Positions 8,359 to 18,106 of a stretch of 64,000 bases of DNA are shown here, piece after piece. The stretch is taken from positions 1 through 64,000 of the IMG/VR virus record IMGVR_UViG_3300009095_000010; one strand, given 5' to 3'. Position 1 is the stretch's first letter. Each line of letters opens with the position of its first letter. This DNA is from a virus. Lineage: Duplodnaviria; Caudoviricetes. The notes beneath the pieces are model-generated. The model was not told where the DNA came from. It saw nothing but the letters and a program-made list of their open reading frames with translations, and did no database searches. Made by a program: the position numbers and the translations under genes.

Positions 8359-9726
8359 TCACTCCCATGCGGGTAGGTCTAAGAAACCTTCGGGGCGAGT
8401 TCTTGCCGCTCCCGGCGTTGGTTCTTGAGATGCCCATGGAGCATTAGATTTTGGAAGTTGTGTAGTAAATTGCGGAGCCTGGCCCTGTTGTGTATTTTGA
8501 GCGACAGGTATTGGTTGTGTTGTAAACTGAACCTGCTGAGTAGCAACCTGCTGCTCCTGAGCCTTCTCTGCTTCGTGCTGTTCCATTTTGGATTCAGCCT
8601 CCTGCATCATACTTATCATTCCAGCTTTATCCTGCTTGATCGCTCCTAACAAGCCACCCTCATGTTGAGATTCATTTTCGCCAGGACCACCAATAAAACC
8701 CATAAATGAATCAGTTATGTTTCTATTTCCCCAAAGAGCATCAATTAGCTGAGTTGGATCTGATTGCATAATATCTGGAAGATACTTCTGAAACTGTTTG
8801 AGCTTTGCAAACCAATTAGAACTTTCTTCCTTATTTGCCAAATTATCCTGCTTGATTACCGTAACCCATTGAGGTATTGCACTCTCAACTTTTGTAAGCT
8901 GCTCTACGTAAGCATTAACCTGATTAGCAATAGAATCTGCTTTTGCTTTTTGCTTTTCTGTAAATTCAGCAGCATCATTTACTGATTTGACATTAAGCAA
9001 ATCACCTTTGAGAGAATAAATGCTTTCAGCCATCTGCTTGAGCTTTTCAACATCCCTTTTGATTGTTGAAGCATAAGGACGGCTAGAAAGATCAGATAAC
9101 TCATCAAGAACTATATTTGAATTGGCATATACGTTCTGAGCTGTAGTACCACCATAAAAAAAGTGATAAGTAGCAGCGAGCAACGCTGCGCCACCAGCAA
9201 CTCCAGCAACAAACACTGGAGCAACAGCTTCTTTAGTTATCTCATATTTTTTTTTTAGATCACCATTAACCAATCTCTCTGTGCAAGAATCAGCGAGAGA
9301 CATTAGTTCATCTTCTTCTTTGTGATCTAATGTAAAAGCAACTGAAGTAAGTGTCTTTACCAAATCACCCTTAGCTGCAACATAACGATGCTGTGTTAGA
9401 TGACCATTTGGCATCTTAAGAGCAATATACGCCATCATATCTTGACGCTGCTGTACATTCTCAATCACTGCGTTCATTGCATCGTAAGTACGCCCAACAA
9501 TTGCGGTCTCTGGGTGTGCAATCTCAATGATGCTCTTGTGCCCGTTCTGAGCCTCAAAGTCTGGCTCAATACCATAGAGCAAACGAATTGCATCATTAGA
9601 TAATGAATCATAACGCGCAGGCATCTTGGAAGGATCTTCTTGCTCACGCTCTTCGTCCTCAGCCAAAGAAACAAGTCCCTGAGCGACAGCTATTTTTTCG
9701 AACTCATCCCAAATATCACTACTCAT
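8359..9726 (-). CDS. Putative internal virion/ejection protein
   Basis: 455 aa; N-terminal module shared with the 12473 ORF; hydrophobic segment VAPVFVAGVAGGAALLAATY directly after KEA; coiled-coil body. Confidence 0.6.
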   Translation of the reverse strand: MSSDIWDEFEKIAVAQGLVSLAEDEEREQEDPSKMPARYDSLSNDAIRLLYGIEPDFEAQNGHKSIIEIAHPETAIVGRTYDAMNAVIENVQQRQDMMAYIALKMPNGHLTQHRYVAAKGDLVKTLTSVAFTLDHKEEDELMSLADSCTERLVNGDLKKKYEITKEAVAPVFVAGVAGGAALLAATYHFFYGGTTAQNVYANSNIVLDELSDLSSRPYASTIKRDVEKLKQMAESIYSLKGDLLNVKSVNDAAEFTEKQKAKADSIANQVNAYVEQLTKVESAIPQWVTVIKQDNLANKEESSNWFAKLKQFQKYLPDIMQSDPTQLIDALWGNRNITDSFMGFIGGPGENESQHEGGLLGAIKQDKAGMISMMQEAESKMEQHEAEKAQEQQVATQQVQFTTQPIPVAQNTQQGQAPQFTTQLPKSNAPWASQEPTPGAARTRPEGFLDLPAWE

Positions 9727-10706
9727 TGCGTTCCTTTTTGAATCTCTTTAAAGACATCATTCATAAAGAGAGATAAAATATCGTTCCTAGTCTTGTATGG
9801 TTGTGGTATGGACATCTGACTTGTGCCCGGTGTCCAATTACGAGAGATTCCTCTGACGGCTTGCCAAAAAGAAGGTACCTTCACAATAATGTCTTGATAT
9901 TGGTAAAGATCTGGATAAGCTTCAGATATCCATTGCAAAAGTCTTTCGTGAGGTTGTTGACCATCAAGAACCTCAATCCACAAATCTTCTGTATTTGGCC
10001 TGTAATTGTACATTGCAGACTGATTAGGACCTGTATTAAATGTTGGCTGTCCTGTTGTATATCCACCTTGCGGAGCTTGCGCTGGGGCTTTTTGTCCAGG
10101 CTCAAAGCCCAAGGCTTTTGTAACAGTTCCTCCAACGGCTAGCATTCCGGCTGACAACAGTATAGTTTTTACAAACCAAGCAATAATTCCAACCAACAAA
10201 GATCCTCTTCTCTTTGGTGAAATAAAGCTAAACATTCTTACCAAAGGGGATTCATTTCCTTTTGGGACCGCTAATTTTTCTATCTCATAGAGAGGGCTTA
10301 ATAATGATGCAGTAGTTGTTTCCCCAACGCTTGATTTTGCTGCCTCATTAACTGTTTCAGGTGGAACCGGCTGACCAGATTCTAATAAGGGACTTACCGC
10401 TCCCATGATTCGTTGAAAAACATTATAGATATCCACGCCAAACAACTGTCCAGCTGTTACAATCATGCCGAGCAACGGATGCAGTCTGAAGAACGTTGCA
10501 GGCGCAAGTAAATTAACAAGAGTTCTGGTGATACCACCAGAATCTTGTCCATGAATCTGTGAACCTACATACGATTTGATAGAGTCTGCTATACCACTTA
10601 GAACAGATGAAAGCTGTGCCTCTTTGACAATGTCATCTTTTCCAATACCTGCGAATACCCTCTCTATCAAAAACGTATCGGCAATATATTCAATATCACC
10701 ATTCAT
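9723..10706 (-). CDS. Putative ejection protein with hydrophobic (membrane) segments
   Basis: 327 aa; LLVGIIAWFVKTILLSAGMLAVGG hydrophobic stretch; VKEAQ motif near residue 30. Confidence 0.6.
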   Translation of the reverse strand: MNGDIEYIADTFLIERVFAGIGKDDIVKEAQLSSVLSGIADSIKSYVGSQIHGQDSGGITRTLVNLLAPATFFRLHPLLGMIVTAGQLFGVDIYNVFQRIMGAVSPLLESGQPVPPETVNEAAKSSVGETTTASLLSPLYEIEKLAVPKGNESPLVRMFSFISPKRRGSLLVGIIAWFVKTILLSAGMLAVGGTVTKALGFEPGQKAPAQAPQGGYTTGQPTFNTGPNQSAMYNYRPNTEDLWIEVLDGQQPHERLLQWISEAYPDLYQYQDIIVKVPSFWQAVRGISRNWTPGTSQMSIPQPYKTRNDILSLFMNDVFKEIQKGTQ

Positions 10707-10715
10707 ACATCTCCA

Positions 10716-12473
10716 TTATCTGTACTTTCCACGGCCGGGGCGTCCAGAATTTACACGAGCAACTTCATCAGCCATGTTTCTCTGTGCGTCAGCAATCATA
10801 GAACGAATGTAAGCGTTCCAACGACTCAATATAGTTTGCTGAGATCTCATGACAGAATCTCTTGCATCACGAGGCATTTCAGACTCAGCAATATCAAACT
10901 GCCAGTATCTAAACATTTCGTTAACCACTCTGCGAACATTAGATGCCCACTCAGGGAATAAACGAAGCTGCTCTGTTTGTGTTGGAGCGTTAATGTATTG
11001 AGTAGCGATATCACTCCAAACCCCAGATCTCCATTCTCTCATATCAAGGCTGGGAAGTTCATTACCCTTTGTCATTGATGCTAGATTGAGAATAGATTCT
11101 TGCTCTGCTTTGAAACCATCAATCTTATTTAAAGCATCAAGTGGCATATAGTTGTCCATTGGACCACGCTCATTCTTTGTATACGTTCCACCGGGAACTG
11201 TATAAGCACCACCGCCAGGGCCACGCTCACCTCTTCGGCGAGCAGCTCCACCACCAGATTCACTCAAATCTCCGCGCAGAGAATTCATGAAAATTTCAAG
11301 AGTGACAACTGGTTTCTCTTGCATGTTGCGATCTTCAAGTTCTTTTAGAATACTCTTTCTAACAGAAGCCCACTGGGCATGAAGATTACGAACAGCTCCC
11401 ATGTAATATTTAGCCGCTTCCATATCTCTTGCACCAACAACACGGCTCTGATCAAGGGGGTATGGTTCTGATTTTTCATATCCACGATTAATTTGCTCAA
11501 AAACCATACGAGCACGTCGATGGAACCAATTAAGCATATCTTCAATCACATTAAAGCAAACACCATTCTCTGGAGCTTCCTCAACAGGCTTTACCTCTTC
11601 AGTGGTTTGAGTTGCTGGAGGAGTCTCTTGTGCTAATCTAAAAATAGATCCTTCAAGAACCTCTCTTGCAAATTTCTCAATAGAACTCTCTGGTAGCGCA
11701 GCGAATTGAAATCTCTCTCTACCCTGAGCTTTTGCTTCAGGCTCTTCTTTCTTAGCGGTTTCTAAAGGCTTACAATCTGTATATCTAATACCCTGAATGA
11801 GATAAAAGAAAGAAGTAATATCCTTTACGTCTCCAGCAGTAACGGGATAGCTTCCGTAATAATCTGGCCATGGATTTTGACCAACCATAGTGTTATCCAA
11901 ACTTTCAGAAACTTTATCTAGTATGTAACCAGCTCCACCACGCTGTGTTACTTCTTGAGGTGAAGAGCGTCCAAGCTCTACAAATAACCTTCCCAGGTTT
12001 GTGAGATTATCATTAGCCATCTTGATAACCTCATCATCACTCATTTCTTCATATGGCTTTTCGCCATTACCAGGCTGAATCACAACATTCTTAATTCCAG
12101 CCTTCTTTATAAAATCTGCAATTTTTTGTAGAGAACCTTTAGTATTACCACCCCAAAGACCATCATATGATCCGGTCATACCACCACCTGAGGTTGCGCC
12201 CCAGGAACGTGAGTCCTGCATAATTACATCAGCAGTAATATCTGGGTTGTTCAACTTAGTTGCCGCTTTCTGCGCAACATCAGCCATAGCAAGCTCTTCT
12301 TCAAGCCTACCCATAACTCGCTGCATCGAACGAACAGCTTCAACCTGTTTTTCAGAAACATTAGAAGAACCTGATGGCGCGACACCTCCACCACTTGGAC
12401 GAACGCGAGCCGCACCGCCACCAGAAGATGGAGCTTGACCTTTGTCTTTTTGATATATTCCTCTAAGACTCAT
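10716..12473 (-). CDS. Putative internal virion protein with peptidoglycan-binding-like motif
   Basis: 585 aa; VRSMQ...YDGLWGGNT resembles the PG_binding_1 DGxxGxxT signature; FRLAQ motif. Confidence 0.55.
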   Translation of the reverse strand: MSLRGIYQKDKGQAPSSGGGAARVRPSGGGVAPSGSSNVSEKQVEAVRSMQRVMGRLEEELAMADVAQKAATKLNNPDITADVIMQDSRSWGATSGGGMTGSYDGLWGGNTKGSLQKIADFIKKAGIKNVVIQPGNGEKPYEEMSDDEVIKMANDNLTNLGRLFVELGRSSPQEVTQRGGAGYILDKVSESLDNTMVGQNPWPDYYGSYPVTAGDVKDITSFFYLIQGIRYTDCKPLETAKKEEPEAKAQGRERFQFAALPESSIEKFAREVLEGSIFRLAQETPPATQTTEEVKPVEEAPENGVCFNVIEDMLNWFHRRARMVFEQINRGYEKSEPYPLDQSRVVGARDMEAAKYYMGAVRNLHAQWASVRKSILKELEDRNMQEKPVVTLEIFMNSLRGDLSESGGGAARRRGERGPGGGAYTVPGGTYTKNERGPMDNYMPLDALNKIDGFKAEQESILNLASMTKGNELPSLDMREWRSGVWSDIATQYINAPTQTEQLRLFPEWASNVRRVVNEMFRYWQFDIAESEMPRDARDSVMRSQQTILSRWNAYIRSMIADAQRNMADEVARVNSGRPGRGKYR

Positions 12474-14263
12474 TATTTCCTCTTAGCTGCGGCGCTAGTA
12501 ATATCTCTCTTGACATCTTCAAGAAGACCGATTGTATCTTTATCAAGATCATCATATACTTTGTAGTCACCAAACTCTTTTAGACCATCAAGAAGATATT
12601 TAACATTACCAACACCATATCTATCTTTGATGATGTTTGACATTTTTTCAGCGGCTGAAATAGTTTGATCTGCATCAATTCCATAGTTCTTCTTTGCCTC
12701 TTCTAGCTGCGCCTTGATTGATGCTAGCCTTCCAAGAGTTGCGCGAACACGATCAACATCAATATCACTCATCAACTTCACAGACTTCTTAGCTTGTTCA
12801 ACAAGCCTATCTGTAGCGTCTGACAACCCCTTTACAGCACCAGCAAGCTGACCCGCCTCTGTACCCTTACCAAATCCCTGAAGGATTCTTGCAGGCCACA
12901 TAACTCTATCCGTAAGACCAGACGTATCTCTCTTAACTCTATTTGCAAAAGCAAGAGTTTCTTCTGGTGTCTTGGTCTCTATATTGGTAAGAGAAGTAAT
13001 GAACTCCGCAACCCTTGCAGCATCTGCTTGATAGAAAGATAGTTGACGAGCTGCGTCAGATACAGCCTGAAAAGCTGCGCTTTGTGCTTGTCCAAACTGA
13101 GAAGCATACTGAGGAGCAAGATCCTTAGCTTTCTGATCCCACTCTTGCTGACGAACCTTTTGAGCTTCAGCTGTTTGTTGTTGAACTTGAACAGGATTGT
13201 AAGCAAAATGTTGAGCAACTTTTGGAATACCATTTACATAATTATCTTTCTTTGTTCTGATGTTTTCGTAAATAGTATTTTGAACAGCTGTAGGATCAGT
13301 TGGTGGCTTTCCACCGAAAAGACTCTTTACCAAAGAACCATAGTTTACTACTGCTTCAGCCCTATTACTGGTTAACATATTGAATAATGCTGATCCGTGA
13401 CCATCACCATGAAGATATGTTCCAGAACCATCTTGGCCGAGTACTTTAGAGAAGTTCAACTCCTGTGATGCTGCCATAGATAATAGATTAGCTATTCCAG
13501 CCAAAAACTTCTTCACAACATTTATGTCATATGTTGGAATTTGTGCCACATCTCCTTCGCCTTGAGCGGGGAGTTGAGCGGTAACTATCTTTGCAATCTC
13601 AGACAGAGAAGCACTCTTTGGTAACATACCAGTTGGCTGTTTAAGAGTCACTGCAAGAATCTTCTCGGCGGCACTTTGAATAGTCTCGAACGTGCCCAGG
13701 TCACTAACCCCAACAATGTTCACATCACCGTCTCTGTGAGCAAAGTTAATAAAGTCAATGTTCTTCTCCTGAGTCACTCCATAAAAAGGGGAGGCTGCCT
13801 CTTTGGCAAGTTTGCCAGTAGGATTTTTTGTAGCTACATCATGAGTTTTCTTTTGTGTACTAAAAATAGTTTCAATCTTTCCAAGATCATCCTTGGCAGG
13901 CACAACTTCAAAATCTGATTCTTTCTCACGAAATGAAAATTCAGGATTGTCAGTTTTAATGTTGTAGTAATCTGTCTCTGCAATCTTGTATTCAACTAGT
14001 TTCTGCTCAAGGTCTTCAGCCTGAGATACAAAACCTTTTCTACGCAAAGCAAAAGCCAATCGAGCAATATCCTGAGTCAAATCATCAGATGGTGTTGCGT
14101 CAATTGGTTTATTAATTTTTTGATGTTGAGAAACCTTTGCAGCAGCTGCTGCTACAATTTCTTCTGGAGTTGGATCGAAGTGTCCCTTACGAACAGCGTG
14201 ACGCTCAAGCTCACGGTAGACCTCAGATGAGTACAAGTTATTTGTATACTTTTGAACAACCAT
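12473..14263 (-). CDS. Putative internal virion protein
   Basis: Probable start MVVQKY at 14263 (GAGGA SD); duplicated N-terminal element (LGKIETIFS...KNPTGKL / LGTFETIQS...KQPTGML); helical C-terminus. Confidence 0.6.
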   Translation of the reverse strand: MVVQKYTNNLYSSEVYRELERHAVRKGHFDPTPEEIVAAAAAKVSQHQKINKPIDATPSDDLTQDIARLAFALRRKGFVSQAEDLEQKLVEYKIAETDYYNIKTDNPEFSFREKESDFEVVPAKDDLGKIETIFSTQKKTHDVATKNPTGKLAKEAASPFYGVTQEKNIDFINFAHRDGDVNIVGVSDLGTFETIQSAAEKILAVTLKQPTGMLPKSASLSEIAKIVTAQLPAQGEGDVAQIPTYDINVVKKFLAGIANLLSMAASQELNFSKVLGQDGSGTYLHGDGHGSALFNMLTSNRAEAVVNYGSLVKSLFGGKPPTDPTAVQNTIYENIRTKKDNYVNGIPKVAQHFAYNPVQVQQQTAEAQKVRQQEWDQKAKDLAPQYASQFGQAQSAAFQAVSDAARQLSFYQADAARVAEFITSLTNIETKTPEETLAFANRVKRDTSGLTDRVMWPARILQGFGKGTEAGQLAGAVKGLSDATDRLVEQAKKSVKLMSDIDVDRVRATLGRLASIKAQLEEAKKNYGIDADQTISAAEKMSNIIKDRYGVGNVKYLLDGLKEFGDYKVYDDLDKDTIGLLEDVKRDITSAAAKRK

Positions 14264-14264
14264 T

Positions 14265-14534
14265 TTAATCCTCAAGGTCCAGTAGTTCAAGACCGCGCAA
14301 AAAGTTAGGATCTACTCCACTCTTCAATTCCGGATGCTCATCTAACTGATTCGCCACCTTCTTTAAATAAGCTTTCAGCTTTGGATTGCCCGCAACCTTT
14401 TCTCTGAATGCTTCGAGTTCAGAGAGAACCAGATTCTCTCTATCAAGTGCCTCTTCGAGAGCGCACTTTTCCCTTAGACGTTCACGAGCAAGCTCAGCCT
14501 GGGAGTAATTTCTCCATACCTCAGAACTGTTCAT
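14265..14534 (-). CDS. Small hypothetical protein
   Basis: Probable start MNSSEVWRNY; resembles LYSSEVYREL at the start of the adjacent ORF. Confidence 0.55.
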   Translation of the reverse strand: MNSSEVWRNYSQAELARERLREKCALEEALDRENLVLSELEAFREKVAGNPKLKAYLKKVANQLDEHPELKSGVDPNFLRGLELLDLED

Positions 14535-14658
14535 TACCCTTGTCGTCTGGTGATCTGTAAAAAAGTCCTTCCAAACCTCATCAATCATAGGTGACACCTT
14601 TGCTAGCTAGAGCCGAAAACCTACTTTTATACCTTGATAGTGATAGGTGTACAGCTAT

Positions 14659-14686
14659 ATAAAAGGGATGCAAAAATACATCCCTT
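14659..14686 (-). terminator. Putative intrinsic terminator
   Basis: AAGGGATG/CATCCCTT stem followed by T-rich sequence on the - strand at the end of the 14685 ORF. Confidence 0.55.
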
Positions 14687-15086
14687 ATATCCACAAAATT
14701 TGCATATATCTATTACCATCATCAGCTGGAGTGATCACCTTTCCCAAAACAATAGAATTTTCAAAAGGCTTTACATTTGTAAGAACACCTCTCTTATCAC
14801 AATAAAGAGAGTTCCCTGTTTGTATATTATTCTTTCTATCAAACTTTAAAATATCAGCAATCATTCTTTGAGGATATACTCTAACAATTTTTTTGTAATC
14901 AATAGAAGTTCCACCAATACATCTATTTCCGGCAATTCCTAAAGGATCATATCCATCACAAATATCAACTACCAAATTATCTTCATATGTTATTATTTTA
15001 ACTATATGGCCTGGAGTGATTTTTATTCCAGGTTTTATTGGTAGCCTTACAGGCTCTAAACTGATAGCTTCTATTAATTTAAACAT
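14685..15086 (-). CDS. Capsid cement-like paralogue (AT-rich, divergent)
   Basis: 133 aa; aligns by eye with 15208-15900 (PGHIVKI...CDGYDPLGI...LYCDKRGVLT...LGKVITP vs PGMVGQL...SDGRAPFGI...LFVSETGRFT...VAMVTGP). Confidence 0.6.
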   Translation of the reverse strand: MFKLIEAISLEPVRLPIKPGIKITPGHIVKIITYEDNLVVDICDGYDPLGIAGNRCIGGTSIDYKKIVRVYPQRMIADILKFDRKNNIQTGNSLYCDKRGVLTNVKPFENSIVLGKVITPADDGNRYMQILWI

Positions 15087-15121
15087 TATAAGTAACCTTA
15101 TTACCTTTTTTATATTGGTAA

Positions 15122-15211
15122 TAGTTTCTAAACTTAAACAATCTTTTTGAGCTTTATTTTTTCCTTTAATTCTTTACATGTACTACATTTCTTTATAATA
15201 TTTAATTTCAC
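15122..15211 (-). pseudogene. Possible remnant of an HNH-endonuclease-type zinc-finger N-terminus
   Basis: GTG AAA TTA...: MKLNIIKKCSTCKELKE then NKAQKDCLS in another frame; very AT-rich and truncated. Confidence 0.3.
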
Positions 15212-15900
15212 AAATACATTAATTCTAACGTACCGAAAGCGGCTGTGGGTGGTCCAGTTACCATTGCCACACCCGGATAATCTTCACTTGGTTGAGACGT
15301 TGTGAATCTTCCAGTTTCTGAAACGAATAATAAAGAGTTTAATGGATATCTTTGATTAGTTTCATACATATCTGTTTGGAATATTCCACGCTGAAACCAG
15401 ATAGTTACCTTTCCAGAACCTACCGTTGAATCATCACCAGAAACATTTGGTATCTGGTATGTATAACTCACTACTGTTCTAATTGAGTCCGGTATTCCAT
15501 CACCATCCAAATCAAAGTTCAATGGTGTTCCCGCTGGAAAAACAATAACTCCGTTTCTTGGAATTAGAGCAACATCCACGGGGGATGTGATAAATGAAGA
15601 AGGAATTACATTTGGGTTTCTCAGTTCCCATTTAACATCTACCGGAGTAACAAGCTGACCATTGTGATCAATAGCTGGTGCTGGAGCAATAACCTCTTCA
15701 TCAATAGATGGAGCTGAAAAAGCTCTTGTTTTGAAATCATCAATAATTCCAAAAGGCGCTCGCCCATCACTAACACCACAAACAAGGTTATTTCCCCTGA
15801 GATACAATTGACCGACCATTCCTGGCTCGAACTCAGCAGTAGGATCTACAGGATAGGATACTGGAATTGCATTTCCTATTTGTACTATTTTTAATGTCAT
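15208..15900 (-). CDS. Capsid cement/decoration-like protein
   Basis: 230 aa; DDSTVGSGKVTIW parallels HSATGSGKLTLW of 7041-7739; contains DLDGDGIPD (Ca-binding-like loop). Confidence 0.65.
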   Translation of the reverse strand: MTLKIVQIGNAIPVSYPVDPTAEFEPGMVGQLYLRGNNLVCGVSDGRAPFGIIDDFKTRAFSAPSIDEEVIAPAPAIDHNGQLVTPVDVKWELRNPNVIPSSFITSPVDVALIPRNGVIVFPAGTPLNFDLDGDGIPDSIRTVVSYTYQIPNVSGDDSTVGSGKVTIWFQRGIFQTDMYETNQRYPLNSLLFVSETGRFTTSQPSEDYPGVAMVTGPPTAAFGTLELMYL

Positions 15901-15934
15901 ATTTCACCTAAGCACTGTGCTTCAATAGTTGATA

Positions 15935-15966
15935 TAACAAAGCCCCAGTAATATTTACCAGGGCTA
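15935..15966 (-). terminator. Putative intrinsic terminator
   Basis: - strand AGCCCTGGTAA-ATA-TTACTGGGGCT followed by TTGTTAT. Confidence 0.6.
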
Positions 15967-15991
15967 TGTTGTTTTGGCTTATTTTTCTAGT

Positions 15992-16450
15992 TTATAGAGA
16001 CATTAAGTAACTCTTCATGCTTGCACGAACCTCTGGTTCAGCAACCATTGAAGCTACAGCGTCTGCAATAGCAGGCCAATTTTCAGCAGAAGCCCAAGCT
16101 TCTCCATCGCCTCCAGCTTTTACCCAATCAGCAAATGTCTTTGCGTCATAAGGAACTTCTGAGCTTTCCTTGTATTTTTCATTTACAAGAAAGTCGTAGA
16201 AAGCTGGCGCTTTCCTCTGTAAAGCAGATCCAACGTTCATTGCGTCAACTGGTACATGACCCATCTGAGCAACCTTGAGAACAGCATGGTAAGATGCCGC
16301 TGCGGCTGCTTTCGCGATGTCTTGTACAGATGGCTCAGAACTGAACTTTGTTCCAGCAACCTTCCTCGTAGGTGCACCAATCACTGCCTGGTAAACAGAC
16401 AATGCCGCTGCCTTTGCAGCTCTCTTTGCAATTTGTTCTCTCTTTGTCAT
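15992..16450 (-). CDS. Hypothetical head protein (Ala-rich)
   Basis: Start MTKREQ with GGAGGA SD; internal repeat AKAAA..Y.AV; LKVAQ motif. Confidence 0.65.
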   Translation of the reverse strand: MTKREQIAKRAAKAAALSVYQAVIGAPTRKVAGTKFSSEPSVQDIAKAAAAASYHAVLKVAQMGHVPVDAMNVGSALQRKAPAFYDFLVNEKYKESSEVPYDAKTFADWVKAGGDGEAWASAENWPAIADAVASMVAEPEVRASMKSYLMSL

Positions 16451-16469
16451 TGTAAATCCTCCGAATAAT

Positions 16470-16808
16470 TTATTCACTATCTTCAACCCCGTCCCCAGAG
16501 AGATCTATTCCTTCTAAATCTTCAGGGCTGAATCCGAAAAACATGAAAACCTTTTTAACTTCATCTTTGTTAGATTTCTTACTTTGTGGCTTTTTACCTT
16601 CAGCAAGTGACATCATCACTGCTGTAACTTCTTTCGCTCGCTCCGTTCGACCACAGCTTTCAAAACTTTGTGCCGCAGCATTAAGTTCTTCCATAGCTTG
16701 GAGAATCGAGAGACTATCGTGTTGCTCTTCTTGAACTACAGCATCAAGCTCTGCTTTCTGCATTCCCTCAAAAAGTTCTTGTTCAAAAGATGCTTGTTTC
16801 CAAATCAT
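16470..16808 (-). CDS. Hypothetical head protein
   Basis: 112 aa; begins MIWKQAS; contains the shared helical-hairpin module. Confidence 0.6.
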   Translation of the reverse strand: MIWKQASFEQELFEGMQKAELDAVVQEEQHDSLSILQAMEELNAAAQSFESCGRTERAKEVTAVMMSLAEGKKPQSKKSNKDEVKKVFMFFGFSPEDLEGIDLSGDGVEDSE

Positions 16809-17035
16809 AACTCTACCTCTATAGCACTCTCATCAGTATTTTCTGCTTTTTTAATTATTGCAGAAATAGCGGCAGAGTGAGATTTAAAACCAACATTCTC
16901 AAGAAGATTACGAGCTTTGGAGAGATGCTGTATGGCATCATTAGCGCCCAATGACTTCTTGAGGTTTTTACTCAACAAGAAATCCATTTCACGCTCAATA
17001 TCTGTTGCAAATTTTTTCATAGACATCATCTCCAA
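16805..17035 (-). CDS. Hypothetical head protein
   Basis: ~72-76 aa; MKKFAT leader; LSKARNLLENVG...AAI module. Confidence 0.6.
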   Translation of the reverse strand: MEMMSMKKFATDIEREMDFLLSKNLKKSLGANDAIQHLSKARNLLENVGFKSHSAAISAIIKKAENTDESAIEVEL

Positions 17036-17072
17036 AACTCTTGCCTTTTACATTCATTAACTTCTAACTGCT

Positions 17073-18056
17073 TTATGCCAAAGAACGCTTAGCCTTTTTT
17101 AGCTCAAGAGCAAGTTTCTGAAGAGATGTTAGTTTCTTACCAGCAAGAGATTTGTATTTAATAACATCATCTTCCTCATCCATTTTAGATCTTACATCAT
17201 CAGGATTCATTAAAGATACGAATGAAAACTCATCGGGCATATCACCCTCATCTTCTTTGTGAAGAGCAGAAAGAAGCGATTCGATATCATCTTCGTCAAA
17301 ATCGGGCTCGTCTGGACCATCTCCACCAAGCGTTTCAGTAACAGACTCGTGTTCTGGATGAGAAGGATCAACTACCTTATCTATCAATGAGTTGTACCAA
17401 TCACTGGCATCATCTTCGTCTTCGCCATCATCTGCTTCAAGAATTCCGCACATTGGATCGCCAGGAAGGCACTTCTTTTTGTCGTCCGCACTGGCGACAT
17501 CGTCCTTATCTTCCTCGTCATCCTCGTCATCCTCGTCGTCATCATCCTTCTTTTTAGCGAAAGGATTCTTTTTCTTATCCTTATCGTCTTTGTCATCATC
17601 CTTCTTGTCTTCTTTATCGTCATCATCCTTGTCTTTCTTATCGGATGCCATATCACAATCTGCTGTGCCGCTTAGCTCACCAGTTGGCATTGCACCTTTA
17701 ACAAGAGCTTCAAGAGCTTTGAAAACAAAAGAAGCTGCCTTCTCAATTCTAGGGTCGGTTTCCTTATCTAGAGTTTCAGAAATTTTAGCAAGACCGATTA
17801 CACAAGCCTGAAATTTATTCATAGCTTTTGCTTTCTTGCCCTTCTTGTCTTCTTTCTTTTCCTCTTTCTTTTCCTCTTTCTTTCCTTTACCCTTCTTTTT
17901 CTTATCACATTCGCATGGATCGCAATCACAGTCTTTGCAAGATTTCTTCTTTGCAGCAGTCTTGGTCAACTGAGTTTGTGGCTTTGCGAAAACAGCCTGA
18001 TAGGATGAGCTGTTCATGATACCATTCATAGTTGTAGCAATATCAATTTTCGACAT
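17073..18056 (-). CDS. Highly charged low-complexity protein (scaffold/core-like)
   Basis: 327 aa with K/E and D/K runs, CKDCDCDPCEC motif, KTAA and KAAS motifs; directly downstream of the protease-scaffold gene. Confidence 0.65.
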   Translation of the reverse strand: MSKIDIATTMNGIMNSSSYQAVFAKPQTQLTKTAAKKKSCKDCDCDPCECDKKKKGKGKKEEKKEEKKEDKKGKKAKAMNKFQACVIGLAKISETLDKETDPRIEKAASFVFKALEALVKGAMPTGELSGTADCDMASDKKDKDDDDKEDKKDDDKDDKDKKKNPFAKKKDDDDEDDEDDEEDKDDVASADDKKKCLPGDPMCGILEADDGEDEDDASDWYNSLIDKVVDPSHPEHESVTETLGGDGPDEPDFDEDDIESLLSALHKEDEGDMPDEFSFVSLMNPDDVRSKMDEEDDVIKYKSLAGKKLTSLQKLALELKKAKRSLA

Positions 18057-18067
18057 AATAAACCCCT

Positions 18068-18099
18068 TTAAAGAGGCGGGGCATTAGCCCCGCCACCTC
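18068..18099 (-). terminator. Strong hairpin after the protease-scaffold gene (weak terminator or stabiliser)
   Basis: GGCGGGGC-TAAT-GCCCCGCC stem followed by only TCTTT. Confidence 0.55.
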
Positions 18100-18106
18100 A
18101 ATTAAC

